DNA of 64,000 bases from Chiloscyllium plagiosum (Eukaryota), in NCBI RefSeq assembly GCF_004010195.1, contig NC_057731.1, positions 1,080,292 through 1,144,291 on the forward strand. Direction: 5' to 3'. Both the position numbers and the translations under genes were made by a program. The notes beneath the pieces are model-generated. The model was not told where the DNA came from, did not search any database, and saw only the letters and a list, made by a program, of their open reading frames with translations. Shown in pieces: positions 37,378-50,409 of the stretch. Positions within the stretch are counted from its first letter, which is position 1; each line of letters starts with the position of its first letter.

Positions 37378-37703
37378 ATTCCCAGTATCTGTTCTTGGCG
37401 CCCAGTCGGTACATCTTCCATGGTGCTGAAGTCTACTCAGATTCTGAGGGAGATGACGGCTCATCTTCTGCCAACAGTGTTAGCAACAATGAATCCTGCA
37501 GCAGCCAAAGTGTTGGTGATGGGGAGGAGGAGAGCGAGATTGAAGAATTTCCTCATGGAATAGAGGAGGAAGGAGTTGGTGCTCATTATGGAGCTTTGGG
37601 GATGTACTTTGAGACTGGGCATCTCGCAGGTGGCAATGTGTTGAGTGAGTCTGTTGAAAACCCCATGCAAAGTGAATGTGAAGATGGTAATCTGTTGGAA
37701 TAA
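37378..37703 (+). CDS. SIRT1: Sirtuin 1 exon 9 coding part (C-terminal regulatory segment) to TAA stop
   Basis: ttttcag acceptor. DSQYLFLAPSRYIFHGAEVYSDSE... matches human GNQYLFLPPNRYIFHGAEVYSDSE; stop TAA 37701-37703. Exons 2-9 join in frame (1865 nt). Confidence 0.95.
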
Positions 37704-40135
37704 AAGACATAATTGCATGATATTGTTTTGTTAAGCTATATACCAGCATTAAGCCACTTTTAGGAAACTTCTTACAGCCAGTGTGCTTTCCTGGATGTAC
37801 AGTGGCTGTATTGATCATGCAGAACTTCAGTCTGAAACTTCTTGTTCAGCCTATTACACACTGAAACACTAGGCCACCTTTACTAACTCCTTTTCACTGA
37901 ACATGGTACATTTACCAAATACAAATTTTGCATTTTTGGACAATTGTTTAACATGAGTTCATTTGTATTGCCTTTATGTTGAGCATTTATTTTTACTGGG
38001 ATGGATTCTCTTCCCTGCCAAAATGTTTCACTTTGTTTTAGTTTTTTTTTGTTTTGACTTAAATGCTTTGAGTTGTACAGCTATTTAATAGAGTTCCTCA
38101 GAAGTTAAAATGAATCTTCTGTATATATTTTTGTGGATGCTTGTTCAAAAGCCATTTACTTGCTGAAAAGGATACAAAGGGAGCAAAGAGAATAATAAGA
38201 CCAAAGAACAGTGGGTGATCTCGACTACAGCTGCGACAGAGGTTGAAGAAGTTGTGTTGCAGAAATTATTTTTGGGTGGTGGGCAGTTTGTTGAAGCGTA
38301 TTGCAGATTTTATTTCCAGTTTGTATCTTCTCTCATGAAGATCATAATGTTTTCTATGAGATGAGCTGGCAGCTAATTTATATACCAAGTTACTTGTTGT
38401 TTTCATTGAGCTTAAGCTGTATATTAGAAACCAGGTAAGTACCTTTGAGGCGTACTTGAGTGGATTCAAGATAACTTTTACAAGATGTAGCACTTGTAGT
38501 TACATGCTGCCTTATAGAGATTAGTAGAGTTTACTCCTGTACCGGTTCTGCTCAGGCCTGGTTTCGGGTTTGGTATGTAGCAGGTTCATGTTGTTCCTTG
38601 CATTTTCTTCCTGTGGAAATGAGATGTAAAGTGTAATTTTTTTAAAAACTGAAATATTTGAACACCATTGCAGAATTGAAGAAGGAACACAATACTGAGC
38701 TCTAATTTCTGCTGATGTGCCAACGTTCCACTTCCTTGTTGTGTTGGAAATTACTTTCTTCAAGTATTTTGACTGTTAATTACGTGAAATAAGCTTAGCA
38801 TTTAATAAAACCTTATTGTCTGCCAGGTAAAAATTATGCAACTTATTAACAGCTTTATTCCAGAGGCCCTTTATAAAGTGTTGGTCCAGCAACAATGAGA
38901 CTTAAATTCTGTAATTTGCAGAACAAATAGTGTAACTAGTCTTCTGATGTCTTGAAGAAATCTTTGGATGTTAAAGTGGGCGCAGCATATTTTGCTTAGA
39001 ACATATAAGCTGAGGATGTCTGAACTCTGTAAAGGGTCTTATTATGCGTATGTACTTGTTTGGTGAAACAACTAAAGAATTGATTAGTTTTGCATGGTAC
39101 AAGAGTTAAACATGAGCAGTTCAACATGTCAACACAAATTTCTCTCTCCTCACCCCCATCCGTACCTGGGACACTGTCATTTCACCACATTTGCAATTAT
39201 TTTTCTCAATTCTTTTTAATATTCCATAAAGTCACACTTTTATTCTGTACCTTCCTTTCTGCAGATAATGTTCACTATTGCTCACGTGCAGAACTCTTCT
39301 TAGTTTTCACTGGGTGAAGGGACATGAGTCAGCTGATAGATGGTGATTAAAAAGAGAAGCATTGATTATAATCTTCAAGCAATGTCAAAATAGTTTGGTG
39401 AAATGTGACCACACTGTTTTCAGTGATGCTGACCTTGGCTTTGACAGTAATTCCAGCACTCTGGAAGTTTTAATCCTGTGGTTACATTCTTTTTGTTCTG
39501 CAGCTGAGAAACAATATAGGCCAGATTGTCCATATCCAATCTGATTTACCCTGGAATAGTGAAATGGGAGTCAAATTCATTCACGGGACATACTTTAAAA
39601 ATTCTTACGTTCATTCCCTGCTCTGACAGCACCATAAGTATCTTACCAATATCATTGAAGAAATTTTGTGACATGATCTAATTTATGATCAACAAATTTT
39701 AAGGTATTGAATATAGGCTATATTTGCTCTGTTACTTTGCAGGATGGTGTTCAAATTATTTCTCTTTTTGTACATACTGAATAATTAATGTATTCAAACT
39801 ACTTTTATAAGGAGCAGTTATTAAAGGTAACATGTTTTCAGATACAAAAACAATTTCATACTTAAAAGTTTTGGGTCTTGAATTTTTTAATGCATTTAAA
39901 ATCCTCCAATTTGAATTTACAAGCTTTTACAAGAGAAATGCTTTTTGAAATTGACAACCGGACTGTTGGAATACTGTGACTAATGGAAATGTTCTGCCAG
40001 TTTAAGCTGAATTTAAAGTTTTAAAAGCTTGTTCCTCTTCCATATACCACAGTCTCTGTTCTCTGTGCTTCTCTTTTAAAGATGTATTTGGATGGATAAT
40101 ATATTGCAATAAATCTCCTTCATAAATTATTTGGT
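37704..40135 (+). other. SIRT1: Probable SIRT1 3'UTR with candidate polyA signals AATAAA at 38804-38809 and 40108-40113
   Basis: About 2.4 kb of AT-rich sequence after the stop with no repeat I could recognise, in an otherwise repeat-dense window; contains hexamers and miRNA seed matches. Exact end unknown. Confidence 0.6.
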
Positions 40136-40337
40136 TTCAGGTTCATTATTAAACTACCTTTGAGGACCTGTCTTGGTGTATTGTAAGATCATTAATGGAT
40201 TCTGAATTGCAATCTTAATTTGTCAATTTTTCACTTCATAGAGGAATCTCTTTTACTGCTAGGACATGAAAGTCTGCGAGCTGTTTGCTCTCCATTGTTT
40301 TATTTAAAATGATTGTAAAGATACAGCAAAAATAGAA

Positions 40338-40646
40338 TAGGTTAGATTCCCTACAGTGTGGAAACAGGCCCTTCAGCCCAACAGGTCCACACCGACCCTC
40401 CAAAGAGTAATCCACCCAGACCCATTTCCCTCTAGACTAATGCATCTAACACTATGGGCAATTTAGCATGGCCAATTCACCTGACCTGCACATCTTTGGA
40501 CTGTGGGAGGAAAGCGGAGCACCCGGAGGAAACCCACGCAGACACTGGGAGAATGTGCAAACTGCACACAGACAGTCGCCCGAGGCTGAAATCAAACCTG
40601 GGACCCTGGTGCTGTGAGGCAGCAGTGCTAACCACTGAGCCACCGT
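40338..40646 (-). mobile_element. HE1/V-SINE-like SINE
   Basis: Full-length reverse-complement copy. Confidence 0.85.
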
Positions 40647-41356
40647 AAATGTGTGGAATATACTTAGTAAAATTTTTCCAAATCATTATTTCCTTTTCTT
40701 TCCCAAGTGTTTTAGAAATGTAATCTATAGGAGTTAGGGAGTCTGTAAGAAAACCCATTAGACTAAAATGGTGTTTTTATTCCCTTTCTTGTATTTTGTT
40801 TGGAAATGGGATGTGCAGCACCGTTCCATAATTAAACAAGCTTCAGGATTTTCTCAGTTTCACGTCTCACCTGTCAGCATTACTGCCTATTTTTCCGTGA
40901 CAATTTGTTCAGTGCCTGTAACCTCTGCAGTTTTCAAGACTTGGATGTGTTCTGTGGTAAGAGTGGTGGAGGGGGGAGTCTTGTCCCAGAAAGAGAAACA
41001 GCCAAAAACACAGCAAGGTTGACCTGCAGGGAAGTGACAACAAAGCCATCAATTATGTTGACTTTGTGGAGTCTGTTAAGACGCCAAGAGGCTTAATGGG
41101 ATAGATGCTGAGACCCCTCGTAGGGGAGTCTGAGATCTGGTATGGGGAGGGGGATATTGTTTGAAAATAAGAGATCTCCCATTTAAGATGGAGATTAGAA
41201 ATTCTTTATCCCAATCTTTTCAATTCTCTTCCCCACGTGCATTGGAGGCTGTCCTTGATTTTATTCGCAGCTCAGTGAGATAGATATTTGATGTATAAGA
41301 TAGACTAGGGTCGTGAGAAGCAGACAGGAAAGAAGGGTTCAGGCCATAATCTGATC

Positions 41357-42582
41357 AGAGTCACAGAGACGTACAGCATGGAAACAGACCCTTTGGTCCA
41401 ACCTGTCCATGCCGACCAGATATCCCAACCTAATCTAGTCCCACCTGCCAGCACCCGGCCTATATCCTTCCAAACCCTTCCTATTCATATACCCATCCAA
41501 ATGCTGCTTAAGTGTTGCAATTGTACCAGCCTCCACCACTTCCTCTGGCAGCTCATTCCGTACACATACCACCCTCTGCATGAAAAAGTTGCCCCTTAGG
41601 TCTCTTTTATATCTTTCTCCTCTCACCCTAAACCTATGCCCTCTAGTTCTGGACTCCCCGACCCCAGGGAAAAGACTTCATCTATTTATTCTATCCATGC
41701 CCCTCATAATTTTGTAAACCTCTATAAGGTCACCCCTCAGCCTCCGACGCTCCAGGGAAAACAGCCCTTCCTGTTCAGCCTCTCCTTATAGCTCAAATCC
41801 TCCAACCCTGGCAACATCCTTGTAAATCTTTTCTGAACCCTTTCAAGTTTCACAACATCTTTCCGATAGGAAGGAGACCAGAATTGCATGCAATATTCCA
41901 ACAGTGGCCTGTACTCAATACTCTGACCAATAAAGGAAAGCATACCAAATGCCTCCTTCACTATCCTATCTACCTGCGATTCCACTTTCAAGGAGCTATG
42001 AACCTGCACTCCAAGGTCTCTTTGTTCAGCAACACTCCCTAGGACCTTACCATTAAGTGTATAAGTCCTGCTAAGATTTGCTTTCCCAAAAATGCAGCAC
42101 CTCGCATTTATCTGAATTAAACTCCATCTGCCATTTCTCAGTCCATTGGCTCATCTGGTCTAGATACAGTTGTAATCTGAGGTAACCCTCTTCGCTGTCC
42201 ACTACACCTCCCATTTTGGTCTCATCTGCAAACTTACTAACTGTACCTCTTTTGCTCGCATCCAAATCATTTATGTAAATGACAAAAAGTAGAGGACCCA
42301 GCACCGATCCTTGTGGCACTCCACTGGTCACAGGCCTCCAGTCTGAAAAACAATCCTCCACCACCACCAAAGGTCATCTACCTTTGAGCCAGTTCTGTAT
42401 CCAAATGGCTAGTTCTCTCTGTATTCCATGAGATCTAACCTTGCTAATCAGTCTCCCATGGGGAACCTTGTTGAACGCCTTACTGAAGTCCATATGGATC
42501 ACATCTACTGCTCTGCCCTCATCAATCTTCTTTGTTACTTCAAAAAAACTCAATCAAGTTTGTGAGACATGATTTCCCATGA
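41357..42582 (-). mobile_element. CR1 (HER1-like) LINE, 5'-truncated, relatively young
   Basis: VTSGVPQGSVLGPLLFVIYINDLD, SKFADETK, WQMEFNSDKCEVLHF, LERVQKRFTRMLPGL. Confidence 0.92.
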
Positions 42583-44100
42583 CACAGCTGTAATCTTATT
42601 GAATGGAAGAGAAGGCTGCAACCTTCCTTACGATTAAAAAGAACTGACACAATTTCTGATGCTCCTCTGAGCTGCACCTGTCTTCTGTGCAGCCACAAGA
42701 CCTGTCCTCAGCCGTGAGCTGGCCTTTAGGGAACAGCTGCATTTCTAACCTGAGTGGGAAAGTCACTTGGGCAACAGCTGAAGTTAGTTGAGTCTCAGCC
42801 ACTGACCTGAGGAATGTCTTGTGGTTGTGTTCTGAGAGAGACTCAGTTCCTTAGGGCTGTCCAGTTCAAATGATTCACACAAATCAGGGAAAGGCATTTT
42901 TGCTTAGACTTCAGGATTCAGGCAATCCTTACTCAGAACAAGGCTGTAATAATAAGGTTTAGTATGCAACGGTGCTGATTAAAAACTAGTGAAACTCTGA
43001 GTCTTTTGTAATATATCTGAAGTTGAGGATTCAGATCAGCTATGACCTCTTGAATGGTGGAGCAGACTCAGTGGGCTGAATAGCCTCCTCCTGCTCCTAC
43101 ATTTGATGGTTTTCAAATTGATTGTCTGCATTACCCCAGTTTTGTAGCAGAATTCCAAAGTGATCAGGAAAGTGCAAGATGCAAGTAAACTCCCAAGAAA
43201 TATTGGACTGTCAATCAGAGGGAATCAATGAAAAGTTCCAAATACTTGAACAAAATCATTAAATAATATGGTGTGCTGTTAAGTGATAATATTTATAGAA
43301 TGGACATTTCTTGGTTTCCAGTGTAAAAAACTCAAACAAATGAGGTGAAATATAAAATACTGCAACCCTATGTTACATGAGAATATTTGTAAGGATGAAG
43401 TCTGAGCAAACAAGACCAGGCACAATGAGCAAAGTGCACAATATTTATTCACAAGAAGCTAGTTTAAAAAAAACACTCTGTTACTGGGTAAGTCTTCGAC
43501 AAGTTTCCATTCAAACAGGATTACATGGCTCATCTACCATCTCCACTGCATATGGGCTTAATCTCTAAAAAGACTCCTACCCACGAACTGGTACACATTT
43601 GCAAGAGTGTGATATTCTACATTTGTGTCAGCCAAATTTCATTAGTGAGCATGTATTGTTCTACTCACCTCTGTGACATTATCAAACAGCATTCTCCTTT
43701 GGAAGACAAGGATTATTGCTGGAATTTAAACATATTACAATGTGCTATGTAAGGGATGTGGCCAGTATCATTGGATTGTAACTTGAGTTGTTTGACTGAG
43801 CATTACAGCATCATCAGATACAGTGTTTGGGAATCTTTGGGGGAAACCAACATGGCTGAACATTGGCATCTATGATGCTGGGGACTATAGGACGATACAG
43901 GGACTTGCACTTCTGGCTGAAGACGTCAGCAAATGCTCTAGCCTTATCTGTGGTTCTGAATTGCTGGTCTCCACCACCATTGAGCACAGGGATGTTTTTG
44001 GGACTGCCTCATCTGGTTAATTGTTTAATTGTTCAGTATCATTCATAACTGGATGCAACAGACTGCGGAGCTTTGATCTAATTTATTGTTTGTGCACTCA

Positions 44101-44565
44101 CCTCCAAGATGGCGGCAGAGTAGGACACTTCAGCTGGAGCTCATTGATTTCATCTTCCTCTTCTTTGTTTTTCCCTCTTTTTGGTGACTCCCGGCCTCAA
44201 CATGGATACGGACTCTCAGCCTCAGCACACAGCCAGAGTGGCGGTCTCTTGGCTCTGTGAGGACTTCCAAGGTGAATCCAGAGTGGTCTCCCAAGGTGAA
44301 GCCCAATGTGGTCAGGAGTCGAGGCCCAGTGCTGACTGGAGACTTAGGAACCAGCGAGGACTGGGTTGGAAGGACTGTTGTTCTGAACTTCTTATTTCTC
44401 TATTTTCTAATTTATTCATACAATCTGTAATGCTGGACGTTTTACTGCGTTATTTTTCCAATTTTTTTCCTAAGAACTTGTACCTAAGATGGTGCCATAA
44501 GTGGCAACTTGTAAGCTTTTCACTGTACTCATTTCAGTACATGTGACAATAAAGCTAATTCAATT
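44101..44565 (+). mobile_element. Short non-autonomous retroelement (5' CAAGATGGCGGC, LINE-type 3' tail)
   Basis: Interrupts an older LINE remnant; ends gcttttcactgtactc...catgtgacaataaagctaattcaatt. Confidence 0.5.
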
Positions 44566-44639
44566 TCTTAGCTTCAGCTATCTCACATTGTTCTGTTGTT
44601 TGGCATGTTTGAAGTCTGTCCCATTTAGCACGATGTGAG

Positions 44640-47600
44640 GTATTCCCAATGTGATGAGGAGGAACTTAAATGGGGAGAGGAGAAGGATCCAGCCGTTGCT
44701 ATCCATCTAGGTAGCAAGAAGGGATTGTGGGACAAAGAGGTTCTGCTGCAGGATTCCAAACAGCTCAAGGCTAAATAAAAAACTGGAACTACGGACATAG
44801 TAATGTTAGGATTACTACCTAGGCCATGTGCAAGTTGGTGTCAGGTAAGTAAGACTGATGATGTAAATGTGTGGATTGGTGTTGGCGGGTGGTGGGGGGA
44901 GGTGGAAAGGTTCTGATTCATGGAGCAGTGGCACCAGTCCTGGGGAAAGACAGAGCTGTTCCTGTGGGTTGGGCTTCACTTGAACAGTGTTGGGACCAGC
45001 GAACTGAATAACTAGTGAGGGTTCTCAATTAAGCAGTGGTAGGGAAGGGAGGAGGTTTCCATTGAAGGAAGTCTTAAAAACTCAAAAAGAAGTGAGAGAC
45101 CTGAGGTGCATGGTAGTAAAGAGGCGAACATGAATCAAAGTGTGAAGGAAAGAACAGAAAAAGTAAGCAGAACCATGCAGTAGGAATTAGAACCAAAATG
45201 AGTAATAATGTTAAAACTCATGCCTCCAGCTGAGTGCCCACAGCATTTGTAACAAGATCGATGACTTGCATTCCAAAGATATTAAGTAATCAAGGGCAAA
45301 AAGTAGCGACAAAATCAATATAATAATTATCCTTCGAGAGAATATACTAGGCAAACAGATGGGGAAGACCTAGAATCCTCTGCAACTTCAATGAGTGAAA
45401 AGCAATAGCGTCAGAGGTTGTGGATGCAATATACTAATCTTCCAAGAATCCCTGGATTGAGGAAAAGTCCCACAAGATTGAAAAACTGCCAATGTAAACA
45501 TCCTTATTCAAAAAGGGAAGAAGACAATAACACATTTTATTTGAAAATGTTCGAGTCTATTATGAAGTATGTAATAGGACGTATATAAATACATGATAAG
45601 ATCAAGCAGAATCAGCGTGGCTTCATAAAAGGGAAATCAAGCCTGACTGATCTGTTAGAATTCTTTGAGGAAGTAACAAGCAGGATAGATAAAGAGTAAG
45701 CGGGGATATGATACACGTGCATTTTCAGAAGGCATTTGATGAAGTACCATATGTTAATCTAATTTAAATAAGAATCCATGGTACTGGAGGTAGTATATTT
45801 ACATGGATAGAGGATTGGCTAAGTGATGAATGGCAACCTGTAATGGAGTACCACAGGGATTACATAATACACTACAGCGCAGTACAGGCCCTTCGGCCCT
45901 TGATGGTGCACTGACCTGTGGGACCAATCTGAAGCCCATATGTTTATCCAATGACCATTTAAATGCTCTTAAAGTTGGCGAGTCTATTACTGTTGCAGGT
46001 AGGGTGTTCCATGCCCCTATTACTCTGAGTAAAGAAACTACCTCTGACATCTGTCCTATATCTATCACCCCTCAATTTAAAACTATGTCCCTCATGCTAG
46101 CCTCATGCTCACCATCCGAGGAAAATGTCTCTCACTATCTGCCCTATCTAACCCTCTGATTATCTTATTTCTCAATTAAGCCACCTCTCAAGAACATAAG
46201 AACTAGGAGCAGGAGTAGGCCGTCTAGTCCTTCGAGCCTGTTCCACTATTCAATAAGATCATGGCTAATCTTTTTATGGATTCAGCTCCTCCACTTACCT
46301 GCATTTTTACCATATCCCTTAATTCGTTTATTTTTCAAAAAAGTATCTACCTTAGCTTTAAAAGCGATTACTGAAATAATGTCAACTACTTCACTGGGCA
46401 AGGAATTCCATAGATTAACAGCCCTCTGGGTGAAGAAGTTCCTTTGCAGTTCAGTTCTAAACCTGCTCCCTCTAATCTTGAGGCCATGCCCTCTTGTCCT
46501 AGTCTCACCCACCAGTGGAAACCTCCTCTCTATTTCTATTTATCGATTCCCTTCATAATTTTGTATGTTTCTATAAGATCACTCCCCCCCCCCCCCAATT
46601 CTTCTGAATTCCAATGAATATAATTTTAATCTACTCAGTCTCTCCTCTTAAGCCAACCCCCTCAACTTCAGAATCAACCCAGTGAACCTCCTCTGCACCC
46701 CCTCCAGTACCAGTACATCCTTTCTCAAGTAAGGAGACCAAATCTGCATTTGGGGTGTGATCTCACCAGCACCTTGTATAGCTGTAACATAACCTCTCTG
46801 CTTTTAAACTCAAGCCCTTTAGCAATGAAGGACAAAATTCCATTTGCCTTCCTAATTACTTGTTGTACCGCAGACCAACCCTGTGTGATTCATGCACAAG
46901 GACACCCAGGTCCCTCTGCAAATCAGTATGCTGCAACTTTTTATCATTCAAGTAATAATCTATTTTACTGTTACTCCTACCAAAATGTATGACTTCACAT
47001 TTATTAACATTGTATTCCATTTGCCAGACCTTTGTCCACTCACTCAATTTGCCAATGTTCTTCTGCAACGTTTTACACTCCTCTGCAAACTTTGCTCTGC
47101 CACTCATCTTGTTATCGGCAAATTTTGACACCGTCCAGGTGGTCCCCAACTCCAAATCATCCATATAAATTGTAAATAACTGTGGTCCCAACACTGTTCC
47201 CTGAGGCACACCACTGGTCACTGATTGCCAGTCAGAATAGCACTAATTTATTCCCACTCTTTGCTTCCTGCTAGTCAATCAATCCTCTATACATACTAAT
47301 ACTCTACCCCAAACACCATTAATCCTTATCTTATGCAGCAGCCTCATGTGCGGCTCCTTATCAAAGGCTTTTTGGAAATCTAGGTACACCACATCCACTG
47401 GGACCCGTTGCCTACCTTGCTTGAAATGTCTTCATAAAATTCCAAAAGATTTGTGAAGTATGACCTGCACTTCATGAAACCATGGGACAATTTCTTTCGA
47501 GATGCCCTGCTATTTCTTCCTGGATGATAGACTCAAGCATCTTCCCCACTACAGAGGTTAAGTTCACTGGTCTATAATTCCCCATCTTTTGTCTACTTCC

Positions 47601-49010
47601 CTGTTTAAACAGTGGCGTTACAACCTTCTCTCTAATGAAAACAGCCTCAATTTTCTCAGCCTTTCCTCATAAGATCTTCCCTCCATACCAAGCAATATCT
47701 TAGTAAATCTCCTCTGCATCCTTTCTAAAGGTTGCATATCCTTCCTATAATGTGGTGACTGAATGCTATACTCCAACTGCGGCCACACCAGAGTTTTGTA
47801 CACCTGCAACATGGCCACATGGCTCCAAAACTCAATCCCTCTACCAATAAAAGCTAACACATCGTATGCCTCCTTAACAACCCTATCAACCTGGGTGGCA
47901 ACTTTGAGGGATCTACGTACATGGACACCGAGATCTCTCTGCTCATCTTCACTACCAAAGATCTTACCATTAGCCCAGTACTCTTTACTCCTGTTGCTCC
48001 TCACACTTTTCCACATTAAACTCCATTTGCCAACTCTCAGCCCAGCTCTGCAGCTTATCTGTAACCTGCGACATCTTTCGGCACTATTTATAACTCCACC
48101 AACCTTAGTGTCATCCGCAAATTTACATCTTTCTATGCCCTCATCCAGGTCATTTATAAAAATGACAAATAACATTGAACCCAAAACAGATCTTTGCGGT
48201 ACCCTACTAGTAACTGAGCTCCAGGAATGAACATTTCTCAACCACCACCCTCTGTCATCTTTTAGCTAGCCAAATTCTGATCCAAACCGCTAAATCACCC
48301 TCAATCCCATGCCTCCATATTCTGTGCAATAGCCTACCATGGGATTGGTACTGGGGTCAAAATTACTTATATATTAATTACCTGAACAAGGGATGTGAAC
48401 ATACTGTGGCCAAGTTTGCAAATGACAAAAACAAATGGAAAAGCAAACGGTGAGGATGACAAAAATACTGTAGTTTGCAACGGATTATAGACAGGTTAAG
48501 CAAGTGGGCAAAATCTTGGCAGATGGAATAAACACAGGAAAATATGAGGTTATGCAGTTTGGATGATTGTGGTTAGTAGTGATGTCGGTACAACAGAATA
48601 TAATATGGAATCAATTTGAATGGAAATAAGGTATGCCGAGGGGTGGAGGTCACGAGTGTGAGTAATCTATGGGCCTCAAAGAGTTCTCTCATGATAGAAC
48701 ATAGGATAAATTGGGAAATAATAGAGGCAGGTAAGAAGGCAAATGTAAGATTTGTCATGGGTGATTTTTAACTGCATGCTGACTATACGTTTGTACAGCA
48801 CATCTGGGATTGTTTCTGTATGTTGCATATCATACTGAGGAACAGGCTATTTTAGATCTAGTGATGTGTAGTGAACTGGAATTAATAAAACATCTTGGTG
48901 CTTAGGATATTCTAGGGAATGGGAATCACAACATAGTAGAATTTCAGATTTAGATTCAGATAGAGCAACAGGAGCCTCTAATTCATTTCCTCAACTTCAT
49001 GAGGTCAATT
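44640..49010. mobile_element. Nested CR1 cluster: plus-strand host (ORF1 esterase and ORF2 remnants) split by two nested minus-strand CR1s (45862-48344 containing 46191-47617)
   Basis: RT motifs TSGVPQGTVLGPQLFTIYMDD and TSRVPQRSVLGSMLFVIFINDLD on minus; host breaks at 45861 and resumes at ~48341. Confidence 0.75.
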
Positions 49011-49157
49011 ATAATGTTACAGATTTATGCAGCATGGAAACAGACCCTTCGGTCCAACCAGTCCACACTGAACTTAATCCCAAACTAAACTAATCCAACC
49101 TGCCTGCTCCTGGTCCATATCCCTCCAAATCTTTCATATTCTTGTACTTATCCAAAT

Positions 49158-49492
49158 ATAGAATAGAATCCTTATAGTGTGGAAACAGGCCCTTTGGCTC
49201 AACAAATCCACACCAACCCTCCGAAGAGTACCCAATCCAGACCCTTTTACTCTACATTTTCCCAGAATGATGCACCTAACCTACAATGTCCCTCAATGCT
49301 GTGAGCAATTTAGCATGGCCAATTCATGTAACCTGCACATCTTTGGACTGTGGGAGGAAACCAGACTGCCCAGAGGAAACCCACACAGACACAGGGAGAA
49401 TGTGCAAACTCCACACAGACAGTCGCCCGAGGCTAGAACTGAACCCAGGTCCCTGGCGTTGCGAGGCAGTAGTGCTAACCACTATGCCACCA
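49158..49492 (-). mobile_element. HE1/V-SINE-like SINE nested in a CR1 tail
   Basis: Reverse-complement copy with (TAGAA)n end. Confidence 0.8.
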
Positions 49493-49680
49493 TGTATTTT
49501 AAACATTGTAACTGTGTCAGAAATTTCATTCCATAAGTAAACTACCCTGTGTAAACAAAAACTTTGTTCCTCATGTCTTTTTAAAAGTCCCTTTGCTCTC
49601 ATCTTGAAATCCCACATCCTCTGGTTAATGGTAGGTGTCTTTTCCCTATCTATACCCCTCATGATTTTATAAACATCCTA

Positions 49681-50409
49681 ACATCCTAAATTAATCTGGT
49701 CCCATTTGCCAGCATTTGGCCCATATCCCTCTAGACCCTTTCTATTCATACACCCATCCAGAAGTCATTTAAATGATGTAATTGTACCAGCCTCCATCAT
49801 TTCCACTCACCAAGTGTGGGAGGTTGAGATTTTGACATTGTCGAAAAGTCCCATTGATGGTTATGAAAGAGCATGATCAGTTTGAACTGGAACTGACCAA
49901 CTAAATTGCAGTAGTTTTTAAGTTAACTTCACTCAATCATGTGAGTTAATTCTGGCCTCCCTGCTATAGGAAAGATGTTGTGAAACTTGAAAGTGTTCAG
50001 AAAAGATTTACAAGCATATTGTCAGGGTTGGAGAGGTTGAGATTTAGGGAGAACCTGAATAGGCTGGGGCTATTTTCTCTGCAGCATTAGAGGCTGAGGG
50101 GTGACCTTTATTGAAGTCTATAAAATTGTGAAAGACAAAGATAGGGTGCATAGTCAAGGTCTTTTTTGCCGGGGTGGGAGAATCCAAAACTAGAGGTCAT
50201 CAATGAGAGGGGAAAGATTTTAAAGGGACCTAAGGCACAACTTTTTCATGCAAAGAGTGGTGCGTGTTTGGAATACACTGCCAGTGGAAATGATGGAGGC
50301 TGGTACAATTACATCATTTAAATGACTTCTGGATGGGTGTATGAATAGAAAGGGTCTAGAGGGATATGGGCCAAATGCTGGCAAATGGGACCAGATTAAT
50401 TTAGGATGT
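49681..50409. repeat. Inverted repeat: arms 49681-49807 and 50283-50409 (127 bp)
   Basis: Arms appear to be exact reverse complements on manual comparison. Confidence 0.9.
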
